This document shows, one piece after another, positions 53,908 to 55,112 of a DNA stretch of 55,112 bases; the stretch's first letter is position 1, and each line of letters begins with the position of its first letter. Source of the stretch: an uncultured virus (IMG/VR IMGVR_UViG_3300031841_003153) (Duplodnaviria; Heunggongvirae; Uroviricota; Caudoviricetes); the IMG/VR virus record IMGVR_UViG_3300031841_003153; one strand, 5' to 3'. The translations under genes and the position numbers were made by a program. Below the pieces are notes generated by a model that worked only from the letters and a program-made list of their open reading frames with translations, was not told the origin of the DNA and did not search any database.

Positions 53908-54123
53908 TATAAATTATGAAACCGTGATTGCCCCAAATGGCAAATGGTACGATGTTCAGGTCAATATTGGAATGAGTTGGCGGGATTGTCCATTCTTCAA
54001 GATTGTGGGCCATACTGATTGGCTGATTGGTGATCTTGTTGCTGCTAAAAAATGGCTAGAAATCCATAAAAGTTAAAGTTGACCCCTTGACTTTGACGAT
54101 ATATACTGTATAATGGAAGTGTT

Positions 54124-54193
54124 GCGGGTATCGTACAGGTAATGCCGAAAGGTACAACAGAGGTGAAAGTCCTCGCCACCGCGTAATGCCCGC
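54124..54193 (+). ncRNA. Structured 5' leader/sRNA
   Basis: GCGGGTAT/ATGCCCGC closing stem, GCC-GAAA-GGT and GAGG-TGAAAGT-CCTC hairpins just after promoter. Confidence 0.45.
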
Positions 54194-54216
54194 TTTCACA
54201 ACACGAAAGGAATAAA

Positions 54217-54690
54217 ATGAAAAAACCAAGAGTTAAGCACAGCAAAGATATTGCACAGCATATCGACCCAGCACAAAAGGTTCGCGTGTATCGTAACCTT
54301 CACAAAGATTGTTTTAGCGTCAAGCAAAACGGTTTGGTTCGTTGTCACGCCGACAATGTTACCCTAGAAAATGTTAAGTTCATCGTGTCCAAGGCGGGGC
54401 AAAGGAGAGTCAGGGATGAAAAGAAAAAGAACGTTCACGCGTATGTTGAGGGTTTTGTTTGTGATACTCGTAAGGCCGACAACTACGTTGACGGTGAGTG
54501 GTCTGATGAAGAAGTCGAAAACGGTTTCACCAACTGGATCTGTGCCTACTACAATCCATACGAGTGCGACGGATTTATGAACACCGCAACCGAGCAGGTT
54601 TACGAAACCGCCAAGATCGCAGACCTATCAAATCTTGACAAGGTTATTTATGTTTTTGCACCATTGACTTCTAGCGAATGTATGGTATGA
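54217..54690 (+). CDS. Phage hypothetical protein
   Basis: AAGGA RBS; VRVYRNLH...GQRRVRDEKKKNVHAYV. Confidence 0.75.
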   Translation: MKKPRVKHSKDIAQHIDPAQKVRVYRNLHKDCFSVKQNGLVRCHADNVTLENVKFIVSKAGQRRVRDEKKKNVHAYVEGFVCDTRKADNYVDGEWSDEEVENGFTNWICAYYNPYECDGFMNTATEQVYETAKIADLSNLDKVIYVFAPLTSSECMV

Positions 54691-54742
54691 TGGAATACAT
54701 AATCGCAATACTCAAAGAACAACAAAAGAAAGGTAAATAGTT

Positions 54743-55087
54743 ATGGGATTAGATCAATACGCACACAGAGTGGTGGCACACGACACGGACAACCGTGAAG
54801 AAATCGCCTATTGGCGTAAGCATCCTAACCTTCAAGGTTGGATGGAACAGCTTTGGCGTGATAAGGGTGGCGAAGGTGATTTCAACTGTGTTGATGTTGA
54901 ATTGACGCTTGATGATCTTGAGCAGCTTGAGGCATCTATTGAAGGTGCAGAGTTGCCGGAAACAGAAGGTTTCTTCTTTGGTAATAGCTCCGATGATTAT
55001 TACAAAGAACAAGATTTAGAATTTATTGCCGATGCTTCGGAAGCAATCGAGCATGGTTACAAAGTCGTGTATACTTCATGGTGGTAA
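54743..55087 (+). CDS. Acidic phage hypothetical protein
   Basis: AAGGT RBS; MGLDQY...YWRKHPNLQGWM...GFFFG...YTSWW. Confidence 0.8.
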   Translation: MGLDQYAHRVVAHDTDNREEIAYWRKHPNLQGWMEQLWRDKGGEGDFNCVDVELTLDDLEQLEASIEGAELPETEGFFFGNSSDDYYKEQDLEFIADASEAIEHGYKVVYTSWW

Positions 55088-55112
55088 AATGGATAACGTG
55101 GTTAATATAAAA

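Larger units (their letters stand above)
40570..54691 (+). promoter_or_regulatory. Array of about 27 sigma70-type early promoters TTGAC(A/T)-N16/17-TATAAT
   Basis: -35 starts at 40570, 40788, 41122, 41405, 41959, 42155, 42874, 43016, 43904, 44111, 44952, 46142, 46405, 47343, 47528, 48727, 48890, 49310, 49775, 50494, 50662, 51096, 52133, 52388, 53661, 54087, 54664 (last has TATGAT); A/T tracts upstream. Confidence 0.9.

Noticed and set aside
41176..55012. Minus-strand ORFs in the early region (e.g. 43847-44563, 41937-42428)
   Set aside because: They run antisense across promoters and repeats; shared LLYTIS-like peptides are just translated promoter sequence
1..55112. Stop-codon reassignment
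   Set aside because: Long genes are intact in the standard code, and TAA, TAG and TGA all terminate genes

Overview
Segment of a large tailed dsDNA phage genome (standard genetic code; no tail sheath seen, so probably siphovirus-like) with two divergent halves. The minus strand (1-40303) carries a late/morphogenesis block. In transcription order it holds a phage sigma factor, GDP-mannose 4,6-dehydratase, HNH and ERCC4 nucleases, a ClpP-like protease, large terminase, portal, prohead protease/scaffold, decoration protein, major capsid protein, fibre-like proteins, head-tail proteins, tail tube, putative chaperones and a 3770-aa tape measure protein with embedded P-loop and PD-(D/E)xK-like modules. 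Six of these genes are preceded by a shared TTGYGTATW motif. The plus strand (about 40570-55112) is an early/host-takeover-like region with about 27 near-consensus sigma70 promoters, most with a nested sigma28-like element, driving many tiny ORFs. It is punctuated every 0.9-1.8 kb by ten copies of an exactly 77-bp dyad element (25-bp palindrome, 27-bp GC spacer, 25-bp palindrome) that is roughly helically phased with the next promoter. It also holds dense clusters of apparently undescribed structured RNAs: duplicated pseudoknots with covariation, four non-canonical tRNA-like RNAs, CAATACA linkers and rrn-like boxA sites. All protein calls come from motif reading and gene order only; no database search was run.
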